Part shown: piece after piece, positions 36,507-46,196 of the stretch
Numbering within the stretch: the stretch's first letter is position 1
How the letters are laid out: each line of letters starts with the position of its first letter
DNA from: a virus
DNA length: 64,000 bases
Virus record (IMG/VR): IMGVR_UViG_3300042868_010004
Coordinates: 96,001-160,000 of that record
Strand: one strand, 5' to 3'
Made by a program: the position numbers and the translations under genes
The notes under the pieces: model-generated
The model's database searches: none
Told to the model about the DNA's origin: nothing
What the model saw: the letters and a program-made list of their open reading frames with translations, nothing else

Positions 36507-37634
36507 ATGGCACGACCAAAAAAAGATACGGGGAATGATGGGGAAGAGAATGTTTCGGGCTCCGAGTCCAAAAACGTTCTGAACGTCCTATTTAAGGCAA
36601 ATAAGACGGACCACTATAACTTTGAAGACGAAATTCATTATACGGTTCCCTCCTCCAGTATGATTCTAAATGCTCGTTTGAAAGGCGGTATTCCTCCGGG
36701 CGTTATCCGGCTGACGGGCGCGACTTCCGGAGGAAAATCGAGTGTTGCTCTCGACTTTATGAAAAACTTTCTCAAAGAGTCTTCTGACAAGGAGTTGCGC
36801 CGAGGGGTTTATTTTCGTTGCGAGGGTCGCTTATCCCCTGAAATCAAAGCTCGCTCTGGTGTAAAGTTTGTTAATTCTATTGATGAATGGGAGAACGGAA
36901 CATGTCTCATTGTCGATAGTAACGTATTTGAATTTGTTTTTGATATCGTTCGCCAGCTTATTGTCAAAAACGAGGAAAAATACAAGTTCATATTCTGTAT
37001 TGATAGCGTAGATATGATGGCAAAGCGGGCCGATCTTGAAAAGACTTTGGACGAGGCGGCGACTGTTGCCGGTGGCGCTCTTATTACCAGTGTATTCCTT
37101 AAGAAAGTGTCCACGGCACTAACTAAGCGTGGGCATATCGCTATTTTTATCTCTCAGGTGCGGGAAACGGTTAATATCAACCCTTACGCCAAGACCCCTC
37201 CAAAACAGGGTGGTGCATCAGGTGGGCACGCTCTTGAACATGCGGCCCAGACAGTGCTGGAATTTTTACCTCGTTATAATGATGATATTATCCGAGAGAA
37301 TGACGAAAAGAATGGGCGACCTATCGGGCATTATGCCAAGTGCAAGATCGTTAAGGATAACTCTGAGGGATATTTGACAGAAGTTCGTTATCCCATTATC
37401 TATGGCCGGACCAATGGTTCTTCTGTATGGCGCGAACGAGAGGTCTTGGATCTTCTTCAGATGTTTAACCTGATTACCCGAGCTGGAGCTTGGTATTATC
37501 TTGATGATGCTGTTAAGAAGGAGCTATCTGAAAAGAACCTCCCCTTTGATGAAAAGTATCAGGGTATTGGCGGTGTAAACGCTTGGCTAGAGCAGAACCC
37601 AGAGGTCGTCAACCATTTCGCCTCCAAATTTTAA
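36507..37634 (+). CDS. recA: RecA/UvsX-like recombinase
   Basis: Walker A GATSGGKS, IDSVD, IFISQVR, GGHALEH, AGAWY. Confidence 0.85.
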   Translation: MARPKKDTGNDGEENVSGSESKNVLNVLFKANKTDHYNFEDEIHYTVPSSSMILNARLKGGIPPGVIRLTGATSGGKSSVALDFMKNFLKESSDKELRRGVYFRCEGRLSPEIKARSGVKFVNSIDEWENGTCLIVDSNVFEFVFDIVRQLIVKNEEKYKFIFCIDSVDMMAKRADLEKTLDEAATVAGGALITSVFLKKVSTALTKRGHIAIFISQVRETVNINPYAKTPPKQGGASGGHALEHAAQTVLEFLPRYNDDIIRENDEKNGRPIGHYAKCKIVKDNSEGYLTEVRYPIIYGRTNGSSVWREREVLDLLQMFNLITRAGAWYYLDDAVKKELSEKNLPFDEKYQGIGGVNAWLEQNPEVVNHFASKF

Positions 37635-38050
37635 TGAAGTGGTTTATTAAATCTGGCAAGTCCGTTAATCTGAATCCCTCAAGGTATAAAATTGATTGGA
37701 AAAGGAAGGTTAGCGGACCCCAGCTTGCCGTTAAAAATTTTCTTTTCAAATACTGGAAACATGATTTGGTTTTAGAGGAGATGGTCATCCCTAAGACGGG
37801 TGGCAAGCGATTTGATTTGGTTAATCTTACGACCAAGACTATTATTGAGGTTAGTCCAATATCGGTTCACCTCAAATACAATGAGTTCATGCACGGATCG
37901 GAAGATGGATATCTAAAAAAGTTAAAGTCAGATTATGACAAAATGCTCGTGGCCGAATTAAACAAATTTAAGTTTATCGAATTACACGACAACGAGATAA
38001 ATAATCTTTCAAAAGAAATGCTTAAGGAGAAGTTCGGACTTGACCTCTAA
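37634..38050 (+). CDS. Small PD-(D/E)xK (Vsr/DUF559-like) nuclease
   Basis: EEMVIP..RFDL..IEV..H..F..D..K; TAATG overlap with recA. Confidence 0.55.
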   Translation: MKWFIKSGKSVNLNPSRYKIDWKRKVSGPQLAVKNFLFKYWKHDLVLEEMVIPKTGGKRFDLVNLTTKTIIEVSPISVHLKYNEFMHGSEDGYLKKLKSDYDKMLVAELNKFKFIELHDNEINNLSKEMLKEKFGLDL

Positions 38051-39113
38051 GAAGCCTATAAAAATGGGGATAGACGATCACGTCAGAGCGATAGCTTTGA
38101 TCAAAGCAGGCTGGTTATGTCAGGGTATCGCCGCCGAGTTTGATTGTTCTTGGCCTGTCATTTCTAGAATCGCGGCCAAATATGATTTGAAATTTTCACA
38201 ATATAAAAAAGAATTTTCTTACAGACAAGAACAAGAAATTGTAAGAGATTATTTGGACGGGGAATCACTTGAATCACTTTTCTCTAAGAATAAAACGGGG
38301 ACAGAAAACATTAAAAGGGTTCTGGAAAAATACGAAATTCCGCTAAGAGATAATAAGATAAGCGAAGAAAAAAAGAACGAAGTCCAATATCTATATGAGG
38401 AAACGGATTTAGATATAACAAACATAGAAAAACAGACGAAAGTTGGATATACCTCTATTTTAAAATTAGCAAAAAAAAGAGGATGGGCAAGAAAAATCTG
38501 GAAAAGAAAATTCTTCAAAGATGTTTGGGCCTTTGATCTTACTAAAGAAGAGGTTGAAAAGAAGTTAAACGAAGTAAGAAAAAAGCAATCGGAAAATTCT
38601 TCTGGTGAGAACAACCCGATGTATGGAAAACCCACTCCGAACGGGGCGGGCAACGGATGGAAGGGCCGATACAAGGGACGATATTTTAGGAGCCTCCAAG
38701 AAGCATCGTTCATGATAGAAAAAGATGATGCTGGGATTGCTTTTGAAAACGGGGAAACTATGACGATCCCTTACGAATTTATGGGCCGGAAGAGAACCTA
38801 CCGACCAGACTTTATTATCGGTGATACTGTTTATGAATTGAAGCCGAAAAAATTAATGAAGTCTGCTGTTATTTTGGCGAAAAAAGAAGCGGCAGAAAAA
38901 TATTTGGCAGACAAGGGAATGAAATATGTATTGATGGAGCAAAAATACGATTTCAACAAGATAAAGGTTGCGGTGGCTCTCAAACATATTATCCTTGCCG
39001 CAGATTACATGGATCGTCTTCTTTACAGAATCTTTACGGAGGGTGGTATGCTTGTAGATACAACTTATGAAACTTTTAAAAAAGCAAGGGAAAGCAGAAG
39101 GAATGAAAAATGA
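38040..39113 (+). CDS. Homing-endonuclease-like: HTH repeats, NUMOD3, TnsA-like PD-(D/E)xK domain
   Basis: SGENNPMYGK, YFRSLQEASF, IPYEF..RTYRPDFII..ELKP. Confidence 0.75.
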   Translation: MTSKKPIKMGIDDHVRAIALIKAGWLCQGIAAEFDCSWPVISRIAAKYDLKFSQYKKEFSYRQEQEIVRDYLDGESLESLFSKNKTGTENIKRVLEKYEIPLRDNKISEEKKNEVQYLYEETDLDITNIEKQTKVGYTSILKLAKKRGWARKIWKRKFFKDVWAFDLTKEEVEKKLNEVRKKQSENSSGENNPMYGKPTPNGAGNGWKGRYKGRYFRSLQEASFMIEKDDAGIAFENGETMTIPYEFMGRKRTYRPDFIIGDTVYELKPKKLMKSAVILAKKEAAEKYLADKGMKYVLMEQKYDFNKIKVAVALKHIILAADYMDRLLYRIFTEGGMLVDTTYETFKKARESRRNEK

Positions 39114-40129
39114 TTAATTTCGGCCCCGACTTCAAACACAAGCAGCCTCTTTCCGCGTCGAAAATCAAAACGCTAACCCATTGTAGCGCTCGCTATTACG
39201 CAAGTTACATTCTGAAGCTTCCCGACAAGGGCAATTCGGGCAGTCAGAAGGGCGATGTCACGCATCGAATCCTAGAATTACTCTGCCAGAAACGCCGGAA
39301 GCCCCTTGTTGACCGTATCCGCGCATTTCAGTCTTGTCGCCCCGTCCGACAGATTTGGTATCTTGTAAAGAAGTATTCCGCCGAGCATAAAATTTTTGAT
39401 GAAGCGGAATATGATATGATTAACAAGTTTATTCTGACCGCCCTGAATACAGAATTTTTCGGCCCCGATGGTGACGTTGAAATCATAATTGAAAAGCCGT
39501 TTGATTTTGAAGTAATCCGAGAAGGCGTTTCCTACCGAGCTAGGGGTTTTATTGACAAGCTAATCTTCACCTCCCTCCCCAATCGTAAAAAAAGTGTAAA
39601 AATAGTAGATTATAAGTCTTCAAAAAAGAAATTTTCGAAACAGGAGGTCGATGACAACATCCAATCCCAGCTCTATGAGCGTGCGGTTCGATATATGTAT
39701 CCCGATTGCGAAGTCACAACTATTGATTTCCTGTTCTTGGCCTTCCCGCAAAATCCAAAAATGGAGTTCCCTGTATTGGGCGAGGATGTAATGAATGGAC
39801 TGGAAACTTATCTTACGCATGTTCAGCAAATCGTGGATAATTTTTCAGAGAAGAATGTTGGGGATAATCTTGGGATTCAGAAATACGAAACGAAAGGCTT
39901 GTGCGGCCCGGCTAAGAGCGGCTGGATCTGTCCAAGCCAACGTCCGTTTGATTACTGGGTAATAACAACTTCTGAAAATCCCTCTGAGATTGTCCTGTCC
40001 GCCTTCACCGAAGATGAACTAACCCCCAAACTCAAATCGGGCCAAAAGATTGAAAAACGCTCGTATGGCGGCTGTATTTGGTTCTACCGAGAGGATGGAA
40101 CGCCCCGAACTCTGAAACAGGATTACTAA
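39110..40129 (+). CDS. RecB/Cas4-like PD-(D/E)xK exonuclease
   Basis: LSASKIKT..C, GDVTH, RGFIDKL, IVDYKS, QSQLY, C-terminal Cys. Confidence 0.8.
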   Translation: MINFGPDFKHKQPLSASKIKTLTHCSARYYASYILKLPDKGNSGSQKGDVTHRILELLCQKRRKPLVDRIRAFQSCRPVRQIWYLVKKYSAEHKIFDEAEYDMINKFILTALNTEFFGPDGDVEIIIEKPFDFEVIREGVSYRARGFIDKLIFTSLPNRKKSVKIVDYKSSKKKFSKQEVDDNIQSQLYERAVRYMYPDCEVTTIDFLFLAFPQNPKMEFPVLGEDVMNGLETYLTHVQQIVDNFSEKNVGDNLGIQKYETKGLCGPAKSGWICPSQRPFDYWVITTSENPSEIVLSAFTEDELTPKLKSGQKIEKRSYGGCIWFYREDGTPRTLKQDY

Positions 40130-40146
40130 TCAATCAAACCCGCCAC

Positions 40147-40467
40147 ATGAAAACTATATTTTATCAAGAAGCTGAGTTAATTCTGAATACCCGTCTAGAC
40201 CGCCGAATGAAATGCTTTCATGAGGATACCCAAGATGCCTTCCAGACATTTGGCGGCGGTCCAATTTATACCTACGGGGAATGGACTCAAGAATGTTCAG
40301 GCTGCACGGAATCTTATATGGGCCAGTATTATACCGGCCAGCCCGGCAAAGGCATAGGTTGTTCTGAGTGCGGGTATACTGGAAAGCGCCGACAGGGTTG
40401 GTGGGCTCCGGTTTGTGTTAAGGCAAAAGAACGCCCCAATCTTCCCCTGATTGTCCCATCGGTGTAA
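40147..40467 (+). CDS. Hypothetical Zn-finger protein
   Basis: CSGC..CSECGYTG. Confidence 0.55.
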   Translation: MKTIFYQEAELILNTRLDRRMKCFHEDTQDAFQTFGGGPIYTYGEWTQECSGCTESYMGQYYTGQPGKGIGCSECGYTGKRRQGWWAPVCVKAKERPNLPLIVPSV

Positions 40468-40489
40468 TCCCCTGTAAATACACTTTGTC

Positions 40490-40630
40490 ATGAAAAAACA
40501 TAAAAATAAGAACCGAGAAAACAAACAGAAAGACAAAGCGAAAGCCATGAAGGCCCGCAAGGCCAAATTCTTCCCTATCCCCTTCGTTGATCTGACCAAA
40601 CTCCGTTCCCCAATTAGCAGATTTGAGTAA
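40490..40630 (+). CDS. Small Lys-rich protein (46 aa; below ORF-track cutoff)
   Basis: MKKHKNKNRENKQKDKAKAMKARKAKFFPIPFVDLTKLRSPISRFE; GTGTAA 23 nt upstream. Confidence 0.4.
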   Translation: MKKHKNKNRENKQKDKAKAMKARKAKFFPIPFVDLTKLRSPISRFE

Positions 40631-40648
40631 GTTTAATTCCGTCCTTCA

Positions 40649-40683
40649 TTCTGCCTTGACAAGTCCACCAAAAGACAAATCAT
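40649..40683 (+). promoter_or_regulatory. Promoter TTCTGCC-TTGACA-N16-AATCAT
   Basis: Intergenic; extended motif. Confidence 0.65.
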
Positions 40684-40720
40684 CCAAACAATCAATAAGC
40701 CATCCGGCCTTTCATCCTTT

Positions 40721-42415
40721 ATGAGTCAAAAACAAACCCAGACAAATCAGTCGGCAGAGCATTATATTAGAGAGTTTGCGAAAAATAATTCAGCCTCAGA
40801 GACTCGAAAGGAGATTGGAAAATTCTTCGGTTTGAAGAAGACGGCTAGAAATAATAAGTTCCGCAAGATGTTCGGGCGGATTGATTGGGGCTCAGAAGGT
40901 TGCGTTTCGTGCTCGGGAGAGGTTCAGATTGGTGGGGGCGAGGATAAGATTTATACAATGGAAGATAAAACAAATAGCATGTCCGAACTTACACTTCAAG
41001 AGAGTAAAGAATTGTTAAAATTTGAACTAGTTGAATCACATAAAACCTTTGAAGATTATTGTAAGGAGCGGTGGGGGATTAGCCGGGGAGAGGCTTACCG
41101 CCAAATTGGAGCGGCCTCCGTGGTTGAAGACTTAGCGAAGGGGCAAAATATCATCCTTCCGACCGCTATTTCACAAACCCGCGCTTTGCAAAAATTGAAA
41201 ACTCCCGAAGAGCGCCGGAAAGCATGGGAGAAGGCGGGTAAAATTTCTAATGGGGCTGTTACGGCTGAAGTTGTCGAAAAGGTGGTGGAGGGGGTTCTGA
41301 AAAACGAAGGAAAACCCGCAAGTGGCTCTGGGGTAAAGGGTTCGGCGGCTCCGAAAGTTGATATTAAAGGAGATAAGGCGACGGTGGAAACGAAAGGAAC
41401 GGAAGGTATTGAGACACTTCAAGATTTAGTCGCTTACTGCAATATTGATTTGGATGTATGGGAATGCACTTCTTTCCGCCATTCAACTTGGGATGGGAAA
41501 ATTGGCGTTAGGGCCGAATTTGTTCGCATTAAGGGTAAGCAGGAGTTCGCGGACATTTTGAAGACTTTTATTGAGAAAGCCGCCGCTCACTCTCCACAAG
41601 AATTCATTTACAAGAAACCAAATGCTGAGGCCGACTCTTTTTATATTTTGTCAATTGTTGACCCACATTTTGGAAAACTTGCAGAATCACAAAGCACTGG
41701 GTATGAGGACTATAAGATTGAAATTGCAAAGGATTATTATCGGAAAACCGTTGATGATTTGCTGAATGGTGCTGACTTAAATCGAGTGAAGAAGATTGGT
41801 CTTATTGTAGCCAGTGACGCAATCCATATTGAAAACGAAAGAATGGAAACCTCTAGTGGAACACGAATTGATGGTGATTCTCGTTGGCACAAAATTTTTG
41901 ATGATACCTGTTCTTTAATGGTTGAGACCGTGGAGCGTCTTGCGGCCCAGTTCGAGGTTGAGGTTATCGTCATTCCGGGCAATCATAGTCGCCTAACGGA
42001 ATACGCAATGGGGGCATATATTAAGAGTTATTTCCGAAAGCATGAAAACGTAAGCGTCGATAACCGCCCACTTCCCCGAAAATACTTCTCATATGGAAAG
42101 ACTTTAGTGGGAATATGTCACGGTGACGGCGTGCGGAAGTTAGAAGATCTAGGGGCCGTTCTTTTCCGAGAGAATTTAGAAACCCTTTCTAATCATAAGC
42201 ATTTTTATTATCTAAGTGGCCATCGCCATCGCTTCGGTTCCGTAATTGATGATCGCGGGGTTCGCATCTTTGTATCTGGCGCTATTTGCCCCCCTGATAA
42301 ATGGCACAGCGAGGGAAATATGACCGGGGCCGTTCAGTCAGCGGAGGGCTATATGTTTAGCGCGGAAAATGGACTTTCCCAAATCGTATTTAGTAAACCG
42401 CTTAACAAAAAATAA
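40721..42415 (+). CDS. Calcineurin-like metallophosphoesterase fused to a helical putative DNA-binding domain
   Basis: DPHFG, ASDAIH, PGNHS, CHGD, GHRH; N part TFEDYCKERWGISRGEAYRQI. Confidence 0.75.
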   Translation: MSQKQTQTNQSAEHYIREFAKNNSASETRKEIGKFFGLKKTARNNKFRKMFGRIDWGSEGCVSCSGEVQIGGGEDKIYTMEDKTNSMSELTLQESKELLKFELVESHKTFEDYCKERWGISRGEAYRQIGAASVVEDLAKGQNIILPTAISQTRALQKLKTPEERRKAWEKAGKISNGAVTAEVVEKVVEGVLKNEGKPASGSGVKGSAAPKVDIKGDKATVETKGTEGIETLQDLVAYCNIDLDVWECTSFRHSTWDGKIGVRAEFVRIKGKQEFADILKTFIEKAAAHSPQEFIYKKPNAEADSFYILSIVDPHFGKLAESQSTGYEDYKIEIAKDYYRKTVDDLLNGADLNRVKKIGLIVASDAIHIENERMETSSGTRIDGDSRWHKIFDDTCSLMVETVERLAAQFEVEVIVIPGNHSRLTEYAMGAYIKSYFRKHENVSVDNRPLPRKYFSYGKTLVGICHGDGVRKLEDLGAVLFRENLETLSNHKHFYYLSGHRHRFGSVIDDRGVRIFVSGAICPPDKWHSEGNMTGAVQSAEGYMFSAENGLSQIVFSKPLNKK

Positions 42416-42422
42416 TAATCTT

Positions 42423-43139
42423 ATGTCTAAACTAGTAATTATCACATCAAAAATCGAAGATTCCGCGCGGAATTATTTTGCAGATTGCCCCGTTGAAGTC
42501 GGGAGCACGCATGTAGTTCTTCCTATCGGGTTTTTATCAAAATTTATTGAAAGTCAGGAATTGGATAAAGAGATCGAAATTCGTTACATCAATCCAAACC
42601 CAGCGGATAAAGTCAATGCCTGTCTGACGGAAATTAAAAACGCTCTCGGGGGCTCGTCCGAAGAAATCGAAAAAATCACAGCCGCAATTAACAAATTTGC
42701 CAGCGAGGTTTTGGAGAGTAACAAAATTCTAGAGGGTTTTTCAGGCATTCGGGCCAAGTTCTTTGTCACCGAGAAGGAATTGGAAGAAGCCATCCGGCGA
42801 GTCGGTTCATCTGCCGAAGAGGCCGGGGTTAGCTTTGACGAACTAATTTCCCTCGTGGAGGAGGCACAGAAGATTAGCGCTCGCGGCGGCGCAATCATCG
42901 GGAACGCCTTGAAAACAATCTTCACCCGACTTCAGAGAGAAGATGTTCAGAAGGAATTATGTTGGCTCGGTATTAAGGTCGCCAAGGGGAATCGGACCGG
43001 GGCGGTTGAGATTTTAAAAGATCTGGCGATTAAGTTTGATTCTCTGGAAGAAAAAGACCAGCAGAATATTCTTGAATTGCTTGGCGGGGTATTTCAGATG
43101 AGTATCTTAAAGGCTATTCTGGTCGGTATTAAATCTTAA
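42423..43139 (+). CDS. Stand-alone tape-measure-protein (TP901-core/PhageMin_Tail-like) domain protein
   Basis: ELEEAIRRVGSSAEEAGVSFDELISLV..ARGGAIIGNALKTIFTRL..EILKDLA.KFDSL..GGVFQMSILKA. Confidence 0.7.
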   Translation: MSKLVIITSKIEDSARNYFADCPVEVGSTHVVLPIGFLSKFIESQELDKEIEIRYINPNPADKVNACLTEIKNALGGSSEEIEKITAAINKFASEVLESNKILEGFSGIRAKFFVTEKELEEAIRRVGSSAEEAGVSFDELISLVEEAQKISARGGAIIGNALKTIFTRLQREDVQKELCWLGIKVAKGNRTGAVEILKDLAIKFDSLEEKDQQNILELLGGVFQMSILKAILVGIKS

Positions 43140-43147
43140 ATTAATTT

Positions 43148-43345
43148 ATGTCAAACACAAATCAAAACAAAGACAAACTCAGTCAAGCCAATCAAGGTAT
43201 CGACAAAGCCCAAGACGAAGCCAAGGCAATTCAGTCCCAAGGCATTAAGTCATACCTATTTGAACGGAAAGTCAGTATGAAACTCGTCTGGTTCCTATCG
43301 AGCCTCGCAGGTGCATTCCTTGCGGGCGTTATTCTGGCTTGGTGA
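43148..43345 (+). CDS. Small protein with C-terminal transmembrane helix
   Basis: LVWFLSSLAGAFLAGVILAW. Confidence 0.6.
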   Translation: MSNTNQNKDKLSQANQGIDKAQDEAKAIQSQGIKSYLFERKVSMKLVWFLSSLAGAFLAGVILAW

Positions 43346-43361
43346 TTCGGAGATTAGCACG

Positions 43362-43398
43362 AAACCGCTCGCTGGCTAATAACCTTCGGGCGGTTTTT
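43362..43398 (+). terminator. Rho-independent terminator
   Basis: AAACCGCTCG..CGGGCGGTTTTT. Confidence 0.7.
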
Positions 43399-43400
43399 CG

Positions 43401-43428
43401 TTGACAGATACCAAGAAAACAGCATCAT
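43401..43428 (+). promoter_or_regulatory. dnaB promoter TTGACA-N16-CATCAT
   Basis: Immediately after terminator, 17 nt before ATG. Confidence 0.6.
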
Positions 43429-43445
43429 GAAACAGTAAATCATAT

Positions 43446-44993
43446 ATGGCATCAAAATCCCTTTTTTCAGTTGAAATTGAACAGTCAATCCTTGCAATTC
43501 TCTTACAATACCCCGAATCCTATGTAGAAATCCCCTTCATCAACTCAAAAGATTTCTCTCGGCAGAACTCCCCGATCTTCGCCGTTATATCAAACATTGT
43601 TGAGAATAAGGGTCGCCCGGATGAAATTGTGGTAGCCGAAAAACTGAAATCCCTCGGGATTACATTGGAGGGGCTTGAGGTGGGTGATTTCTGCTCTGCA
43701 TTGAAAATCCGCCCTGTCGATAAACGGAATATTTTGGATTTGGCTAAAGCCTTAAAGAAGAAAACTCTCATCCGAACCATCCACGAGAACGCAATCAAAG
43801 TTCAGAAGGAGGTTTTGGAAAATGAGGATAAATCGGCGAAGGAATTGGTTGGAATCGCGGATAAGTATTTGGGAGAATCTTTAATTAGCATTACCCAGAA
43901 TGAGCGTGAGGCGAAGAACCTTCTGGAAGAACTTCCTTCCGTGATTGAAGAAATGGGCAATCCGGAAAATATCAGTGATTTTATCAACATGCCGTATAAA
44001 ACATGGAATGATATTATCGGGCCACTTCGTCCGGGACAGATTTACATGTGGGCGGCTCGACAAGGATCAAAAAAATCTACTTTACTCCTTGATATTACGC
44101 GAGATATAGCAGCGGCCAATCCAGACAAGGAAGATATGGCTGTATTATTTTTAGATTCCGAGATGACAATTAATGACGCCATCGTTCGTTATGTTGCGGG
44201 AAATATTGGTTGTCCACCATTCTTGATGGATTCTAAGAAATGGAAATTTTCGAAAGAGTGGGCTCCCAAAATTAATGAGGAGGTTCGGCGCATTCAAAAC
44301 TTAAAACATAAGAATATTTGGTTTGAACCCATCGGGAATATGGGAATGTCAGAGGTTGAGAAATTTGTCAAACGATGGAAATTGACTAAGTGCGGTCGTT
44401 CACGTTCTTCTGTTATCGTATATGATTATTTCAAGTTGAATAACAACGACAAGAAAGAGCTTAATTCAAAAGAGGGAGAGCACAGTCAGTCCTACCAGAA
44501 GATCGAAATAATTAAAGATCTTTGTGACTGGACAACCTCCCCGCTTCTTTCTGCTCTACAACAAAATCGTTCTGGTGATATTCTTAGTAAAGATGGTCCG
44601 GACGATTCCTCGGCATCGAATTCCCTCAGTGATAGGATCGGATGGTTGGTTGCAGTTCTGGCTATTCTTCGTGGGCGCACTCCTGATGAAATGCTGAATG
44701 ATTCAACTCCGGAGATGAAAGCCCCGTCAAATAAAATGATTTTTCAGAAGACTCGCTACCTGTGGGAACATGGTCCAGCGTTTTTGAATTACATTAGGGT
44801 TGGCAAGGGTAAAGACGTTAAATATACCCCGAACTTCATGAATTTCGATATTACCAACTTCAAAGTGACCGATTGCGGCACGCAGGACCAATGGCTTATT
44901 AAGACGGGTCAGCAGGCCGTAAAAATCAATAAAGCAGTTAGCGAATCGAAACTTATTAAGGAGGCGGATAAGGGTGAAGAACCTGCATTTTGA
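43446..44993 (+). CDS. dnaB: Replicative DnaB-like helicase
   Basis: EIEQSILAILL, AARQGSKKST, FLDSEM, YDYFKL, ALQQNRSG, SDRIGW. Confidence 0.85.
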   Translation: MASKSLFSVEIEQSILAILLQYPESYVEIPFINSKDFSRQNSPIFAVISNIVENKGRPDEIVVAEKLKSLGITLEGLEVGDFCSALKIRPVDKRNILDLAKALKKKTLIRTIHENAIKVQKEVLENEDKSAKELVGIADKYLGESLISITQNEREAKNLLEELPSVIEEMGNPENISDFINMPYKTWNDIIGPLRPGQIYMWAARQGSKKSTLLLDITRDIAAANPDKEDMAVLFLDSEMTINDAIVRYVAGNIGCPPFLMDSKKWKFSKEWAPKINEEVRRIQNLKHKNIWFEPIGNMGMSEVEKFVKRWKLTKCGRSRSSVIVYDYFKLNNNDKKELNSKEGEHSQSYQKIEIIKDLCDWTTSPLLSALQQNRSGDILSKDGPDDSSASNSLSDRIGWLVAVLAILRGRTPDEMLNDSTPEMKAPSNKMIFQKTRYLWEHGPAFLNYIRVGKGKDVKYTPNFMNFDITNFKVTDCGTQDQWLIKTGQQAVKINKAVSESKLIKEADKGEEPAF

Positions 44994-45007
44994 TGAATGT
45001 CATTGAT

Positions 45008-46075
45008 TTAGATAAAATATTCTATCTCGGGATTCAAGCTATTGTTTTTAGCGACAATATTACAAATTTCAATAAATCTATTCACTTCTAACTCCTGCTT
45101 CATTCTATTAATATCCCAAATACATAATACAACATTGTCTTTCACATATCCCTTTCCTGAGTCAATTCTGTCTATACTCAAAACATTTTTATGGTTTGGT
45201 TTCCACGATAATAACTCACCGGAATAAAAACAAAAACCTTTCTGTTTTTTGAAGATTTGTAACATATACTCTAAATCTATATTAAAATCCCAATTCATTT
45301 TCAAACATCGACTCTTACCAAATTTAATTTTCTGTTTCAACATTTGCTCTAGTATTAATCTTTTGTTTTTATTTTCATTTTTTCGATCTAGAATTTTTTT
45401 ATATTTATAAGTGATTTTAAGTTTTTCGCATCTATGGATAATGGAAATGTCACTTCGGATGAGAGTTTTGGAGATTTCATCAATATCAATATTATTATCG
45501 AGCATATCAATCAATAGGCGGTCTTCCTCTTCACACCAAGACCGGCCACCCTTGGGGTTTCTAAACCCATATTGCCGACATATATATTCCACGGTCTCTA
45601 GGGGCAACTCCGTTTTGATGCTTATAATCTTTTTTGTAAATTTTTTATTTTCTAACATGTTTTTAATGTCAGATAAAAGGCTATCGGAATATTTTCTGGA
45701 GGAAATAGAACTAGTCTGATATCCCTTGTCCGAGCCATTGAACTCTGATTTTCTGACTAGCCCGAGTTTTTTTGAGACACCCTCTGCTTCATAAGTGGTA
45801 AGCCCTAATTTAGACCCAATTTCTGACATTGGTAAATTCTCGAAAAATAAATTTCTAAATTTTAAAACAAATGAATCTTCAAATGTTACCCCTTTTTTGA
45901 ATTTATATTTCTTTCTGATCCCTATTTTGCCCTTTCTTGCGTCTATGGCGGGGCGCGTAGTCCCCATCTCGACAGCAATTTCAAATACCCCCTTGCCTTT
46001 TTCGCACAGAGATATAAGTTTTTCATCCAGTTCCTTTGTCCACTTAATTTTTGGTAGATTTGATGTGTTTTTCAT
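45008..46075 (-). CDS. HNH-like homing endonuclease with Myb-like Trp repeats, antisense to neighbours
   Basis: KWTKELDEKL, SWCEEEDRLL, KQKGFCFYSG, SIDRIDSGKGYVKDNVVLC..N. Confidence 0.75.
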   Translation of the reverse strand: MKNTSNLPKIKWTKELDEKLISLCEKGKGVFEIAVEMGTTRPAIDARKGKIGIRKKYKFKKGVTFEDSFVLKFRNLFFENLPMSEIGSKLGLTTYEAEGVSKKLGLVRKSEFNGSDKGYQTSSISSRKYSDSLLSDIKNMLENKKFTKKIISIKTELPLETVEYICRQYGFRNPKGGRSWCEEEDRLLIDMLDNNIDIDEISKTLIRSDISIIHRCEKLKITYKYKKILDRKNENKNKRLILEQMLKQKIKFGKSRCLKMNWDFNIDLEYMLQIFKKQKGFCFYSGELLSWKPNHKNVLSIDRIDSGKGYVKDNVVLCIWDINRMKQELEVNRFIEICNIVAKNNSLNPEIEYFI

Positions 46076-46196
46076 ATTGTTCAGTAATCCCGTTTGAAAT
46101 AATAGTAACAAGCTTAAGGCCGCTTAACTTAGCGATCTCTCTTAGCTTGGCGTCTGTTTCTGGCTTTAACTCCAAATTTAATCTTTTGATGCTCAT
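46044..46196 (-). CDS. Ribbon-helix-helix (CopG/Arc-like) protein, 50 aa (below ORF-track cutoff)
   Basis: MSIKRLNLELKPETDAKLREIAKLSGLKLVTIISNGITEQYEKHIKSTKN: alternating beta strand then two helices with G turn. Confidence 0.65.
   Translation of the reverse strand: MSIKRLNLELKPETDAKLREIAKLSGLKLVTIISNGITEQYEKHIKSTKN

Noticed and set aside
39110-40129. Cas4 of a CRISPR system
   Set aside because: No other cas genes or array; RecB-like PD-(D/E)xK nucleases next to recA are normal phage recombination genes
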